NCBI GenBank assembly: GCA_048937405.1
Contig: JBHLNF010000001.1
Span: forward strand, 544,001-608,000
DNA: 64,000 nucleotides
Source: Promethearchaeota archaeon
GTDB taxonomy: Archaea; Asgardarchaeota; Lokiarchaeia; Sigyniarchaeales; SOKP01
Direction: 5' to 3'
Translations under genes and position numbers: made by a program
Shown: in pieces, positions 38,919 through 49,418 of the stretch
Position numbering within the stretch: position 1 is the stretch's first letter
How the letters are laid out: each line of letters begins with the position of its first letter
The notes under the pieces: model-generated
Databases searched by the model: none
The model's input: the letters and a program-made list of their open reading frames with translations, nothing else
Told to the model about the DNA's origin: nothing

Positions 38919-39885
38919 TGATTTTTAAAAATGCATCTTCTAATTTTGGTTGATGCGTATTTACTTGTTTTATAATTAAATGATTTTGCTTAATGAAATC
39001 TACAATTTCACAAATAGCCTTATGAATATCTTCAACAATTATGTGAAACCCTTCATTTACCTCTTGAACTTCTCTTACAGAACTCAATTCTTCAATTTTA
39101 GTTTTATTTACACCATTAGCAAAATAAAAATCGATTGCTTTATATTCTTGAGTTAATTTTTTTAAGTTTCTAGGAGTATCCAAACTAATTACTTTACCAT
39201 GATTAATAATTGCGATTCTATGACATAATTTATTCGCAACTTCCATGTCATGCGTTGTTAGAAATATTGTTACCCCTTTTTCATTATACTCTCTTATCAA
39301 TTGTTTTATTATACGAGCAGACTGCACATCTAATCCACTTGTGGGTTCATCAAGAAATAAAATTTCTGGATTACTCATTAACGCCATGCATAGCAATAAT
39401 CTTTGTTTCATTCCCTTCGAATATTTCATTGATTTTAAATTGCGCTTTTCGTATAGTTCGAATTTTTTAAGTAAAGTCTCTGCGCGATTTAAGCGAGTTT
39501 TTTTAGGAACACCATAAATTTCTCCAATAAACATTAAATTCTGTAATCCAGTTAGGTCGAAATATACATTAGCTTCTTCAGGAACGTTTCCTGTGATTTG
39601 TTTTACGAGAATTTGATTTTTCCATACATCATGGCCAAAAATAGATACATTTCCCTTTGTAGGTCTTAATACCCCTGTCATCATCCGTATTGTTGTAGTT
39701 TTACCTGCGCCATTTGGACCTAAAAACCCAAAAACCTCCCCTTTTTTCACCTCGAAGCTAATATCGTCAACTGCACGAATATTACCCTTTGTTTTCTGTG
39801 GAGTATTTGGTCCCATCTTCATACCTTTCCCTTTTTTTGGAACATCAAAATATTTAGATAGATGGTTTATCACTATAACACTCAT
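38896..39885 (-). CDS. ABC transporter ATP-binding protein (multidrug type)
   Basis: GPNGAGKTT, YSKGMKQR, LFLDEPTSGLD. Confidence 0.93.
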   Translation of the reverse strand: MSVIVINHLSKYFDVPKKGKGMKMGPNTPQKTKGNIRAVDDISFEVKKGEVFGFLGPNGAGKTTTIRMMTGVLRPTKGNVSIFGHDVWKNQILVKQITGNVPEEANVYFDLTGLQNLMFIGEIYGVPKKTRLNRAETLLKKFELYEKRNLKSMKYSKGMKQRLLLCMALMSNPEILFLDEPTSGLDVQSARIIKQLIREYNEKGVTIFLTTHDMEVANKLCHRIAIINHGKVISLDTPRNLKKLTQEYKAIDFYFANGVNKTKIEELSSVREVQEVNEGFHIIVEDIHKAICEIVDFIKQNHLIIKQVNTHQPKLEDAFLKIIERGDKN

Positions 39886-39911
39886 TATTACACCTCTTTA
39901 AGAAAATCTCC

Positions 39912-40070
39912 TTATTTTTCCTCTTCTTCTAATTGAATGTGTTTTAAAAGTTCATTGATTGGTTGATCTCCATGACATTTAATAATTTGATTTAAAGTAC
40001 ACCCCTGTGGATGCTTCTCTTTTATTTCTGGTTTATCACATTCACATTCTTCCGTTTCTTTAATTTTCAT
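39912..40070 (-). CDS. Small Cys/His protein (52 aa), unannotated
   Basis: MKIKETEECECDKPEIKEKHPQGCTLNQIIKCHGDQPINELLKHIQLEEEEK*; AAGGT SD; heads the ABC operon. Confidence 0.65.
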   Translation of the reverse strand: MKIKETEECECDKPEIKEKHPQGCTLNQIIKCHGDQPINELLKHIQLEEEEK

Positions 40071-40350
40071 TTTATTAATACCTTTAACTTTTTTTTTCCA
40101 TTTTTTTAATTTTCTAAATAATACAGATAAATCCCTCTATTATGTAATATTTCTGTATTCAGTTTGATATCTAAATTATTTTACTGCCATTTTCTTAGTC
40201 TTACATTCATTATCAAAACCTAAATTGAACTACCATAATAAAGGTTTTTATTTGATTTTTAATTAGTTAAATGATAGATTAAACTAATCAAACCATATAT
40301 TTAAATATTTCTAGAATCTTTATATTATAAGATTTTGATGGTTTAAGGAT

Positions 40351-40698
40351 ATGACGAAAGAAATAGATCTTGAAGATATTAGTACATATGTAAAAGCTTT
40401 ACATTGCCAAATTCGATGGGTTATAATAGACATTTTAGGAGATGGCCCAATGTCTTCAGATGATCTTTTTAATCATCTCAAAGATGCTAGTGAAACCATA
40501 GATGATAAAAATCAATGTCATGGAATGTGTGGTAAAGGAGATTTTAAAAATTTGAAGAAAGCAAATTTATATTATCATCTTAGAGAATTAGAAAATGTAG
40601 GTATTATTAAATCGGATTATAAGCCAAGTGAAAATAAAAGAGCTCCTGAAAAGGTATGGAAGTTGAATATGGAAAAATTAACAATAAACCTGAAGTAA
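40351..40698 (+). CDS. ArsR-like winged-helix regulator
   Basis: KALHCQIRWVIIDIL, NLYYHLRELENVGII; CHGMC insertion. Confidence 0.8.
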   Translation: MTKEIDLEDISTYVKALHCQIRWVIIDILGDGPMSSDDLFNHLKDASETIDDKNQCHGMCGKGDFKNLKKANLYYHLRELENVGIIKSDYKPSENKRAPEKVWKLNMEKLTINLK

Positions 40699-40902
40699 TT
40701 AAATCCTATTCTCATTCTCTTATAAAAATAGCATCAACTTTTTACAAGATAAATTATAAATTTTTTTTAATTAATTAGAAAACAATAGAATATAGTGTTT
40801 ATATTCATATTTAGAAAATAAAGGAGATAGGTTTAAATAAGAGAATAGCACTTTTATCCTTAACATTTATTTTAAATATAAAATTATAAAGTTGATATAA
40901 AA

Positions 40903-41325
40903 ATGAGTGAAAAAAGTAAGAAAGATTCAAATGAATTATTAAATATTCTGATGATTATCATCGGGCTTCTCTTTATCTTTAAAGCAGTTATGGAATTTTT
41001 AGCTTGGGCAGACATTCTTACACCAGAATGGGCAATAAATGATGATATACTTGCTGTTTTCGGTGGACAAGCAACAATTTCACTTTTACTAGGATTTTGG
41101 TGTTTAGTAGCGGGTATTGGATTGTTTAGGGAAGAGGAGTACGCATTAGGAATGGGATTGGTTGTATTAAGCATAATGGCGGCATCAGGCATTATGACTA
41201 TAATTTCATGGATCGGAGGAGGTTTTGATGCTTCATATTGGCCTAATTATCTTATAATAGTTGCAACAATAGTAGGCGTCTTAGGATTTTTCTGGTTACT
41301 TTTTACATACAAAAGGTATGATTAA
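40903..41325 (+). CDS. Hypothetical 4-TM membrane protein
   Basis: Four hydrophobic segments. Confidence 0.75.
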   Translation: MSEKSKKDSNELLNILMIIIGLLFIFKAVMEFLAWADILTPEWAINDDILAVFGGQATISLLLGFWCLVAGIGLFREEEYALGMGLVVLSIMAASGIMTIISWIGGGFDASYWPNYLIIVATIVGVLGFFWLLFTYKRYD

Positions 41326-41488
41326 ACTTTTGAAAATTTTTTCTTTTTTTTTCTTTTAATTTTAATTCCTATTCATAACTTTAACAAAGTGAAGGATCAT
41401 TTTAAAATTATTAAAAAAAACTAATTTAAGTCAACAAAAACAATAGTAATTGAGAATTTTCTTTTAATTATCTGTATTAGAATAATCC

Positions 41489-42388
41489 TTAACCTTCAAT
41501 TGCATCAAAAGTCCACATACTAAGAAATTTTTCTCTTAAATCATTAGCAAGATTAGGATCCACGACATTCATGCATGCAAATATTTGGTAAGGTTTAATT
41601 GGATTTTGAAGTTTAAACATTATTCTTTTTTTATCAAATATATCGAATAACGTTGGTGATCTTTGATAAATGTATTTCATATTGCACCCAGGCAACTCCG
41701 GTGATAATCCATACAGTTCGTTCTGAATTTTTTTTAATTCATCGAAAATTTTAGCATTTTCTTCTTTTTGTTCCTTTGTAAGAGGGCGGTTATCATATTC
41801 AAAACTCCAGAGATCTCTTAATTTAACTCCGCGATTAAGCGCTTCTTTAAGCGCATTATAGATTAATTTTGCATAAGGTAAAATTTTTAGAGTATTTTTA
41901 TTGATAAATTCATTAAGAATTATCTCTTCTTTTGCTTCATCTATAAGTTTAACATAAAGAGAAAGGATAGATTTAGTTCCATAAACTGTCGACCAGAAGA
42001 TTTTTGAGGGTTCTTTTTGAATTAATACATCAGAATTATAAAGTTCAGACTCTAGAATTTTAGCCCGATCATATAAATATCCTATTTTTCGTTTACTTTC
42101 TTTGGATTGAAAGCTAATTAAATTATCTAATCCTTTATTCAATGATATTGCCCTATATTTTTTTGGTCGAGATTCAACTATTTCAATTAGTCCTTTCTTG
42201 TTTAAATCATCTAAAATTTCATATATTCTTCCACTTGGAACAGTAGATTCTGAAGATATTTCCTTAGCGGTAGGGGGATTAGTTTTTGAAGAAGTTAAAA
42301 GTACTATATACGCATTGATTTCATAAGTTGAAAGGCTTGCTTCATTAAGAAATTCTTTTAATTCTTCCATTAAGGTTTTAGACATCAC
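41489..42388 (-). CDS. TrmB family transcriptional regulator
   Basis: LSTYEINAYIVLL, TAKEISSESTVPSGRIYEILDDL..KGLI, SRPKKY, C-terminal effector domain. Confidence 0.9.
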   Translation of the reverse strand: MMSKTLMEELKEFLNEASLSTYEINAYIVLLTSSKTNPPTAKEISSESTVPSGRIYEILDDLNKKGLIEIVESRPKKYRAISLNKGLDNLISFQSKESKRKIGYLYDRAKILESELYNSDVLIQKEPSKIFWSTVYGTKSILSLYVKLIDEAKEEIILNEFINKNTLKILPYAKLIYNALKEALNRGVKLRDLWSFEYDNRPLTKEQKEENAKIFDELKKIQNELYGLSPELPGCNMKYIYQRSPTLFDIFDKKRIMFKLQNPIKPYQIFACMNVVDPNLANDLREKFLSMWTFDAIEG

Positions 42389-42435
42389 TATTCATATATA
42401 ATATTTACAACTTAAAATTAGTTGTTTTTGATCGA
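42354..42435. repeat. ~82-bp direct repeat copy 1 (trmB 5' end plus promoter with ACAACT-N7-AGTTGT)
   Basis: Near-identical to 44522-44603. Confidence 0.9.
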
Positions 42436-42482
42436 TTAATCATTATAAATACCATTTATTTTCATAAAATGGTGATTTCAAA

Positions 42483-43583
42483 ATGAATGATAATAACAAC
42501 ATTTATTTTAAATTGCAGCAACACTTTAATAGAATGCCTGTAGGACTTCCAAAATCTCAATCTGGAGTCGAAATTCGTTTATTAAAACTACTATTTACTG
42601 AAGAAGAAGCTCAGTTGGCAATGGAACTAAATTTTAATCCGCAGAAACTTGAAAAAATTTATCGAAGATTAAAGAATAATAACATTTCTTTAGATGAATT
42701 AGATAATAAATTAGAGAAAATGTATGAAAACGGAACTGTTATAAGACTCATAAATAATGATGAAAAGCTATATTCTCTAGCAGCATTAGTTCCAGGTATA
42801 TTTGAATACCAATTAGGGCGTCTTACACCAGAACTAATCGATATAATCTTCCAATATTTTGAAGAAGCTTACTTTGAAAAGGAGTTTAACGTTTCAGGAA
42901 TTCCTCAAGTTCGCACTGTACCTATTGAACAAGCTATTCCTATTGATTTACCGATTGCATCTTATGACAAGATTCGAAAGTTAATAGATATCTCTAGTGA
43001 AATCGGTATTATGGATTGCATTTGTAGAAAGGCCCATGATATGATTGGTGATCCTTGTAAAAGAACAGATCTCAGAGAAACATGCTTAACATTTGGAGGA
43101 ACAGCTAAAATATTCTATGAAAAAGGAGAAGCAAAATTCATATCAAAAGAAAAAGCTTGTGAATTGATAAAAGATTTTGAAGAAGCGGGATTAGTTCCAC
43201 AAGTATCTAACTCCCAACAACCTGATTTTATATGTAACTGTTGTGGTTGTTGTTGTGAGGTACTAACAAATCAAAAACGCTTTGATAAGCCTGCTGAATT
43301 ATTTGCATCAAATTATCATGCAATTATTGATAAGAATTTATGTGTTGGATGTGGAGTTTGTGAAGAACGATGCAATATGGATGCTATTTCCTTAATTGAT
43401 GGAGTTAGTGAGATTAACCTGGGAAGATGTATTGGATGTGGGCTCTGTATTCCTACTTGTTCTGAAAATGCAATAAAATTAGAAATGAATGAGAAAGAGA
43501 CTATACCACCATTGAATATACAAGGAACTTATATAGAGATTATGAATGCAAAAGCAAAATTAGCTCAAACTACTAAAAAATAA
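42483..43583 (+). CDS. 4Fe-4S binding protein (copy 1)
   Basis: CICR, CNCCGCCC, two CxxCxxCxxxC ferredoxin motifs. Confidence 0.9.
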   Translation: MNDNNNIYFKLQQHFNRMPVGLPKSQSGVEIRLLKLLFTEEEAQLAMELNFNPQKLEKIYRRLKNNNISLDELDNKLEKMYENGTVIRLINNDEKLYSLAALVPGIFEYQLGRLTPELIDIIFQYFEEAYFEKEFNVSGIPQVRTVPIEQAIPIDLPIASYDKIRKLIDISSEIGIMDCICRKAHDMIGDPCKRTDLRETCLTFGGTAKIFYEKGEAKFISKEKACELIKDFEEAGLVPQVSNSQQPDFICNCCGCCCEVLTNQKRFDKPAELFASNYHAIIDKNLCVGCGVCEERCNMDAISLIDGVSEINLGRCIGCGLCIPTCSENAIKLEMNEKETIPPLNIQGTYIEIMNAKAKLAQTTKK

Positions 43584-43586
43584 GAG

Positions 43587-44030
43587 GTGGTCTATGTGAA
43601 TGTAAGTAAAGATATGGAAGAAAATATAAAAGAACATTTTGGATATAACGATGAAGAAGTTAAGATTTTTCTTGATAATCCTAGAAACATTGATGTTCTT
43701 TCAAAATCAATGAAGTTGCTTGGAAAAACTATTATCGCTGAAGTTGTTGAATCGCATGGCTGTAATAGTCAGCATAAAGTAGGAGATAAGATCTATTTTG
43801 ATGGAGGAGGAAGTCTCCTGACTAAATTATCCCCTAGTCGAATATGTATCTATGCAATAGCAGATCTTAAAAGATTAATCACCTCAGCTAATGAATTACT
43901 TTTTGCTGGGGTAGATCCAAATGAAATGCGATTTAAACGAATTAGTTGTAGTGATGTAGGATTAAAATGTGGTGGATGGGGACAAATTGTCCTAGAGCTT
44001 AAAGTAGTAGATAGAAATAAATTAAAATAA
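43587..44030 (+). CDS. TIGR04076-like protein (copy 1; start probably GTG 43596)
   Basis: EVVESHGCNSQHKVGDK, RICIYA, CSDVG..CGGWG. Confidence 0.7.
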   Translation: MVYVNVSKDMEENIKEHFGYNDEEVKIFLDNPRNIDVLSKSMKLLGKTIIAEVVESHGCNSQHKVGDKIYFDGGGSLLTKLSPSRICIYAIADLKRLITSANELLFAGVDPNEMRFKRISCSDVGLKCGGWGQIVLELKVVDRNKLK

Positions 44031-44089
44031 TTTTTTTTTTTATTATTTTGAGTTAAATTATAAATTTCTGCCAATTCGAGAAAATCTTC

Positions 44090-44553
44090 TCATCTATTTA
44101 AAATTCTTGTTATTTCCTTTTTGGTTGTGTGTTTATAGAGAGAAATATTGCCATCACAGATTATACAATATGTCCCATAGGGATCTAAACCATTTTCTTA
44201 CGCTTCCTTACGCTCATTGATTTTAATAGCTTTAAATTTTCCTTTTTTATCTGTTTCCATCGTTTTTTCAATAAGATCCGTAATATATAGACATTGGTCA
44301 TTATGAACTATCGTGACCCCTTCTGAATATTCTTTTTGTTTATTCATATTTATTGGATTAAATCTTGGTTTGGGACGTTTTTATTGAAAATTTTTGCATA
44401 TAATAAAAAATATGGGTCAATTTCATCCACTTTTTCAAATCCATGTTTTATTAGGAGTTTCTTCTTTGAAAGCCACCCACCTTTTTCAGCGGACATTTCT
44501 AATATTCCATGCATTACCTGCTCTTTTAAATCTTCAATTAAGGTTTTAGACAT
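44090..44553 (-). pseudogene. Degraded GNAT/YoaP-domain gene with a captured trmB 5' end
   Basis: MSKTLIEDLKE (trmB-like) fused to ..KKLLIKHGFEKVD..; frameshift near 44369; YoaP-like GVTIVHNDQCLY...EA*ENGLDPYG with premature TAA at 44198-44200. Confidence 0.7.
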
Positions 44554-44603
44554 CAGTATTCATATATAATATTTACAACTTAAAATTAGTTGTTTTTGAT
44601 CGA
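44522..44603. repeat. ~82-bp direct repeat copy 2
   Basis: Near-identical to 42354-42435, offset 2168 nt. Confidence 0.9.
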
Positions 44604-44623
44604 AAAATAATTTATTTTAAAAG

Positions 44624-45130
44624 TTGTACTTAAAATTTATGGAAAAAAAAGAATTAAAAGAGCTTTTAATCAAATCTTGGATGATTCATGATGGAATGTG
44701 GTTTTATCATTGCTTAAAAGAATGTGGTATTGATATAGCTAATAAAATTAACAAAGCAGCAATTAAATCCATGTCGAAAATTGAAATTAAACGAATTCAA
44801 AAAATATTTGGAATCAATTCAATTGAAAATTTTAAAGATATAAAAAACATTTTAGAAAAAACACTAGAAGTATTTAAAGCTGATTTTATGGAATTTACTT
44901 ACACTTTTACAGCAAACAACCACATGCATTGTGAAATGAAAAATTGCTGGGCATATGAAGGTGTAAAAGGAATGGGAGTAATAGATCAATATGAATGCGG
45001 GGTATACACAAGAATTGAAGGATGGTTTGAAACTTTAGATATAAAATTTGAAGTAAAACCGCCTATAAATGGGTGTTTAATGAATCGTGTTGGAAATTGT
45101 TCAAGAGATTTTATATTCCAATTAGAATAG
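44624..45130 (+). CDS. DUF6125-like/V4R-like conserved protein
   Basis: KSWMIHDGMWF, NC.AY, YECG, GCLM....C. Confidence 0.65.
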   Translation: MYLKFMEKKELKELLIKSWMIHDGMWFYHCLKECGIDIANKINKAAIKSMSKIEIKRIQKIFGINSIENFKDIKNILEKTLEVFKADFMEFTYTFTANNHMHCEMKNCWAYEGVKGMGVIDQYECGVYTRIEGWFETLDIKFEVKPPINGCLMNRVGNCSRDFIFQLE

Positions 45131-45225
45131 TTAGAAATGAGTCTTTTTCTATTAAAACCTAAATTTAGTTTTTTATGATCGATAAACAATTAAAAATACT
45201 TTTTTTTTATTGTATTTGATCAATA

Positions 45226-46329
45226 ATGACGGAAAACAATAATGAAGTATATTATGATCTACAACTCCATTTGAATAAAATGCCAGTAGGATTTCCAAAA
45301 ACAGATTCTGGTGTAGAATTTAGGGTTTTAAGAGATTTTTTCACTCCAGAAGAAGCTTATATCGCTACCAAACTTGATTTTTTACCACAAAAAATCAGAA
45401 GCATTCATCGTAAACTGAAGAATCGTGATATTCCTCTACAACATTTAGAAAGTAAATTAATTCAAATGTATCGGAAAGGAACAATCAATATGGGTGAAGA
45501 GAATGGTGAAAAAACTTATTCAAATGCTCCAATTGTAATCGGTATGTATGAGTACCGACTGGGAAGGCTCACACCAGATTTTGTAAAAAATGCTTTTCAA
45601 TACTTTGATGAAGCATTTTTTGAGAAAGAGTATAATAAAACTGGTATACCACAATTGCGTACTATTCCAATTGAAAAAGCCATTACGAATGATTTAGCTG
45701 CTGCTACATATGACCAGATTCGAAATTTTATTGATAATTCAAATACCATTGGAATTATGGATTGTATTTGTCGTAAGGCACATGATTTAATTGGTGATCC
45801 TTGTAAAAAAACAACTTTACGAGAAACTTGTATGGTATTTGGTTCTGCTGCCAGACGTTTTAATGAAATGGGAGAAGCAAGATTTATTTCTAAAGAAGAA
45901 GCAATTAGTCTTATAGAAAAATTTGAGACCATTGGATTGGTACCTTCACCGTCAAATTCTCAAAAACCATTTGTTATTTGTAATTGTTGTGGTTGTTGTT
46001 GTGAAGTAATTATAAATCAAAAGAAATTTGACAATCCTGCACAATATTTCGCAACCAATTTTTATGCTGAAATAAATCTTGACGATTGTATAGGTTGTGG
46101 AATATGTGAAGAAAGATGTCAAATGAATGCTATTAGTATTGTTGATGAAAAAAGTATTATTGATCTTGACAAATGTATTGGATGTGGTGTTTGTATACCA
46201 ACATGTCCTGAAAATGCTATTGAATTGAATAAAAAGGAACAGGAAATTATTCCTCCAATCGATACAAGAGCTACATATGTAGCAATAATGAATAAAAAAG
46301 CAAAATTAAATCGAACTAATAAAAAATAA
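45226..46329 (+). CDS. 4Fe-4S binding protein (copy 2)
   Basis: Paralogue of 42483-43583 with the same Cys motifs. Confidence 0.9.
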   Translation: MTENNNEVYYDLQLHLNKMPVGFPKTDSGVEFRVLRDFFTPEEAYIATKLDFLPQKIRSIHRKLKNRDIPLQHLESKLIQMYRKGTINMGEENGEKTYSNAPIVIGMYEYRLGRLTPDFVKNAFQYFDEAFFEKEYNKTGIPQLRTIPIEKAITNDLAAATYDQIRNFIDNSNTIGIMDCICRKAHDLIGDPCKKTTLRETCMVFGSAARRFNEMGEARFISKEEAISLIEKFETIGLVPSPSNSQKPFVICNCCGCCCEVIINQKKFDNPAQYFATNFYAEINLDDCIGCGICEERCQMNAISIVDEKSIIDLDKCIGCGVCIPTCPENAIELNKKEQEIIPPIDTRATYVAIMNKKAKLNRTNKK

Positions 46330-46332
46330 GAG

Positions 46333-46773
46333 GTGGTCTATGTGAATGTAGGTAAAGATATGGAAGAAAATATAAAAGAACATTTTGGATATAATAATGA
46401 AGAAGTTAAGACTTTTCTTGATAATCCTCGAAATATTGATATTCTTTCAAAATCCCTAAAACTACTTGGAAAAACTCTCGTTTTCGAAGTTATTGAATCT
46501 CATGGGTGTAATAGTCAGCACAAAGTAGGAGACAAGATCTATTTTGATGGAGCAGGAAATCTTCTGACTAAGTTATCCCCTAATCGAATATGCATATATG
46601 CATTAGCAGAACTTGATAAATTAGTCTATACTGCCAATGAATTACTGTATGCGGGAATTGATCCAAATGAAATGCGATTTAATCGTGTTAGTTGTGCTGA
46701 TGTAGGATTAAAGTGTGATGGATGGGGACAAATTGTACTGGAACTTAAAATTATAGATAGAAATAAATTATAA
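46333..46773 (+). CDS. TIGR04076-like protein (copy 2)
   Basis: Close paralogue of 43587-44030. Confidence 0.7.
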   Translation: MVYVNVGKDMEENIKEHFGYNNEEVKTFLDNPRNIDILSKSLKLLGKTLVFEVIESHGCNSQHKVGDKIYFDGAGNLLTKLSPNRICIYALAELDKLVYTANELLYAGIDPNEMRFNRVSCADVGLKCDGWGQIVLELKIIDRNKL

Positions 46774-47136
46774 TAAGGCTTTTTTTTTTTAATCTTTTAA
46801 GCTCTAAAATAAGAGATAAAAATATATGAGACACGTTAATTCCTTCCAATAGTAGAAAAAGAAAATTCCTATTGAAATTGTCTTAATTTTTACATCATAA
46901 TTATTCTGAATCTTCAAAAAAGCTTTGTCTGATTTATTCATAGCTTATCAAATAAAATACTAAGGGTACCAACTTAACTTAGATTTGTCATATATATTTC
47001 TATATAGTTAATAATAAATAACAATAAAAGTCTTAAAAATCTTAAAACAAAATAAATCTTAATTAAAATTATTGAATATTCTAATACATTAAATATTATA
47101 ATTAAAAAATAAAAATTAAAATCAAGTGATTATTCA

Positions 47137-47946
47137 ATGGCATGGATTATTAAAATGATTAGTTTTATTATAGGGGGGATTTTATTAGTCTGGTGTATAG
47201 TAAACAGATATAGTAAAAATGGGAAAGTGATAGGAGAACCTTTAGGTATGCCAAAGGGAACTGTTCGAGCTTTAATTACAATTATGCTGGTATCCTTTCC
47301 CTTAGGATATATATTGGAGGAGGATCAAGAAATTCCTGGATTAATAATAAATTCTATATTTGTTGCAGTAGCATTTTATTTTGAAGCAAGGAAAAGTGAA
47401 CGTGAAAAATTACAACAAATTGTTAATGAAATAAAAGATCCAGAAATGGTTACTATTGATTTGCGAAAAGAAAAATTTCCTCTTTATCTACCAAAATACA
47501 CAGTACGATTTTTCTTAATAATAATATTAGTAGCTATCCTAATTGTTAATTATTATCTTTACCAAACTCCTTTTGAAATAACTAATACATTAATAGATCT
47601 ATTGATTATTATCAGTTTATTTATTTTTGGGGGGATTTTTAGATCTATTTCAAAATCTAGGGAAAGAAAAAGGATAGGAGAGGAGGTGAAAAACATGGAT
47701 GCTTCACTTACAGATATCCAAGTTGTAGAGAAATTAATGTTAGAACCAAGTTGGTGGAAAAGTACAGGCAGAAGTATATTATCGATAATAATGTTAATCA
47801 CAATTATAACAGCATTAACTTTTTATATATTTGAGTGGAATTACGAAATATATACCATAGAATTTACAGCAACGGATACCTATGTATTTTCAGTACGTGC
47901 AATATTATTACTGCTTATCAATGCATATTATGGTTTCAGAGCATAG
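47137..47946 (+). CDS. Hypothetical membrane protein with internal repeat
   Basis: PLGMPKGTVRALI and PLYLPKYTVRFFL repeats; multiple TM helices. Confidence 0.7.
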   Translation: MAWIIKMISFIIGGILLVWCIVNRYSKNGKVIGEPLGMPKGTVRALITIMLVSFPLGYILEEDQEIPGLIINSIFVAVAFYFEARKSEREKLQQIVNEIKDPEMVTIDLRKEKFPLYLPKYTVRFFLIIILVAILIVNYYLYQTPFEITNTLIDLLIIISLFIFGGIFRSISKSRERKRIGEEVKNMDASLTDIQVVEKLMLEPSWWKSTGRSILSIIMLITIITALTFYIFEWNYEIYTIEFTATDTYVFSVRAILLLLINAYYGFRA

Positions 47947-48221
47947 TTTAATAACAAAATTTCCTCTTTTTTTTAAACAAACCAATTTCAAAAACTCTAA
48001 TGAAACTTATTAATAGGTTTTGTTTGAAATAATACATTTGTAAGTAGTTATAATTGATGAATTCATAAATGAAAAAAATAGAATTTTATTATTAAGGAAG
48101 GTGATAATGAGGATATCGAGGGATTTTAATTATATATCTTAATTCTGCAGCGTTTTCCGGATTGTATTATATTACACTTCAGGATATTGAATTGAGGCAA
48201 TAAAAAAATGATTATTAAATT

Positions 48222-49241
48222 TTAGAGATGAAATTCTGTTCCAGTTACTCCTAATGTATGTGATGGATGTCCCTTCACACTCATTCTTTTATTAAATTCA
48301 AAACCGGTGCAATGTATACCGCAGGTAACTTCAGGATTTAAATCTTCAATAAATTGGATTGTTTCATCAATCATTGCAATTGGAACATTCGCTTTATGAA
48401 AACCCCCAATGATAGCATACACTTTCTCAATACCAGTCAATTTTTGGGCATGTTTTATTGTGTTGATTATACCTGCATGTGCGCATCCCGTTAGAATTAC
48501 TAAACCCTTGTTTTTAATATTAATATAAATCGAGGTTTCATCTCGAGCAGTATATTTTTTGAAATTATTTTTCTCATCTGAAACTAGACGTCCTTTAGTT
48601 ACTTCATTATCATCAAATATTTCTATTGCTCCACTCGTTATGAATCCTTTTTCTAATTTTTGAGGTTCTCTTGTCTCAATAATTTTTATATTGTGTTTTT
48701 TAGCACGATTAAGAATCAAATTTCTATTTAGTAGTGGATACATTCTATGTTTTATAATAGTTCCGTTTTCTTTAAGTTGTTCTAAGGAAGATTCCAATTC
48801 TTGTATGGTGACTTCTTTATCATCTCTAAATTCTATTTGATGAGTCTGATAAAAACATTCAGGATTTAAATATAACTCACATCCTTCATTTAATTGAGGT
48901 ATAACTTTCATTAATCCACCAAAGTGGTCATAATGACCATGACTTAAGATTGCTTTTTCAATATTGTTTAAATCTATATTAAAAACATCGCAATTCTCAA
49001 TTATTGTCGATTTTAAACTTCCAGTATCAAATAAATAATTATGAGGTATACCATCTTTTAAAAATGTAATTAGAATTGCTAGACCATGTTCACCGATAGC
49101 TTGAATGGCTTCTGCTCTTGGTTGAATAACTTTCCCTAAAAATTTATCTTCTGTAAATAGAGTTACATCAACAGTATTAGTTGTTAAAACTTTTAAGGTT
49201 AAGTTCCCACTTTCTAATCCATCATTAATATTGGCAATCAA
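48222..49241 (-). CDS. MBL-fold metallo-hydrolase
   Basis: EHGL, LFDTG, SHGHYDHFGG, TGCAHAG, GGFH, HCTG. Confidence 0.88.
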   Translation of the reverse strand: MIANINDGLESGNLTLKVLTTNTVDVTLFTEDKFLGKVIQPRAEAIQAIGEHGLAILITFLKDGIPHNYLFDTGSLKSTIIENCDVFNIDLNNIEKAILSHGHYDHFGGLMKVIPQLNEGCELYLNPECFYQTHQIEFRDDKEVTIQELESSLEQLKENGTIIKHRMYPLLNRNLILNRAKKHNIKIIETREPQKLEKGFITSGAIEIFDDNEVTKGRLVSDEKNNFKKYTARDETSIYINIKNKGLVILTGCAHAGIINTIKHAQKLTGIEKVYAIIGGFHKANVPIAMIDETIQFIEDLNPEVTCGIHCTGFEFNKRMSVKGHPSHTLGVTGTEFHL

Positions 49242-49418
49242 ATTAATTTCATCTCAAATAAATCTAATAGTTTATAATGTTTTATTTTTTTAGAATAAAA
49301 AATCTTTTTCCAATAATCATCTTATAAAATTCTAGTCTTTCAACTATACTAATAAAAAATTAATATTGTAAAACTAATCTAATCTAAAAATAAAAACTAA
49401 AGATAATTGGCAAAATAG

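Noticed and set aside
48105-48145. ATGA-GGATAT...ATATCT hairpin as a third SECIS
   Set aside because: No 3' GA core or apical A run, and no upstream in-frame UGA gene
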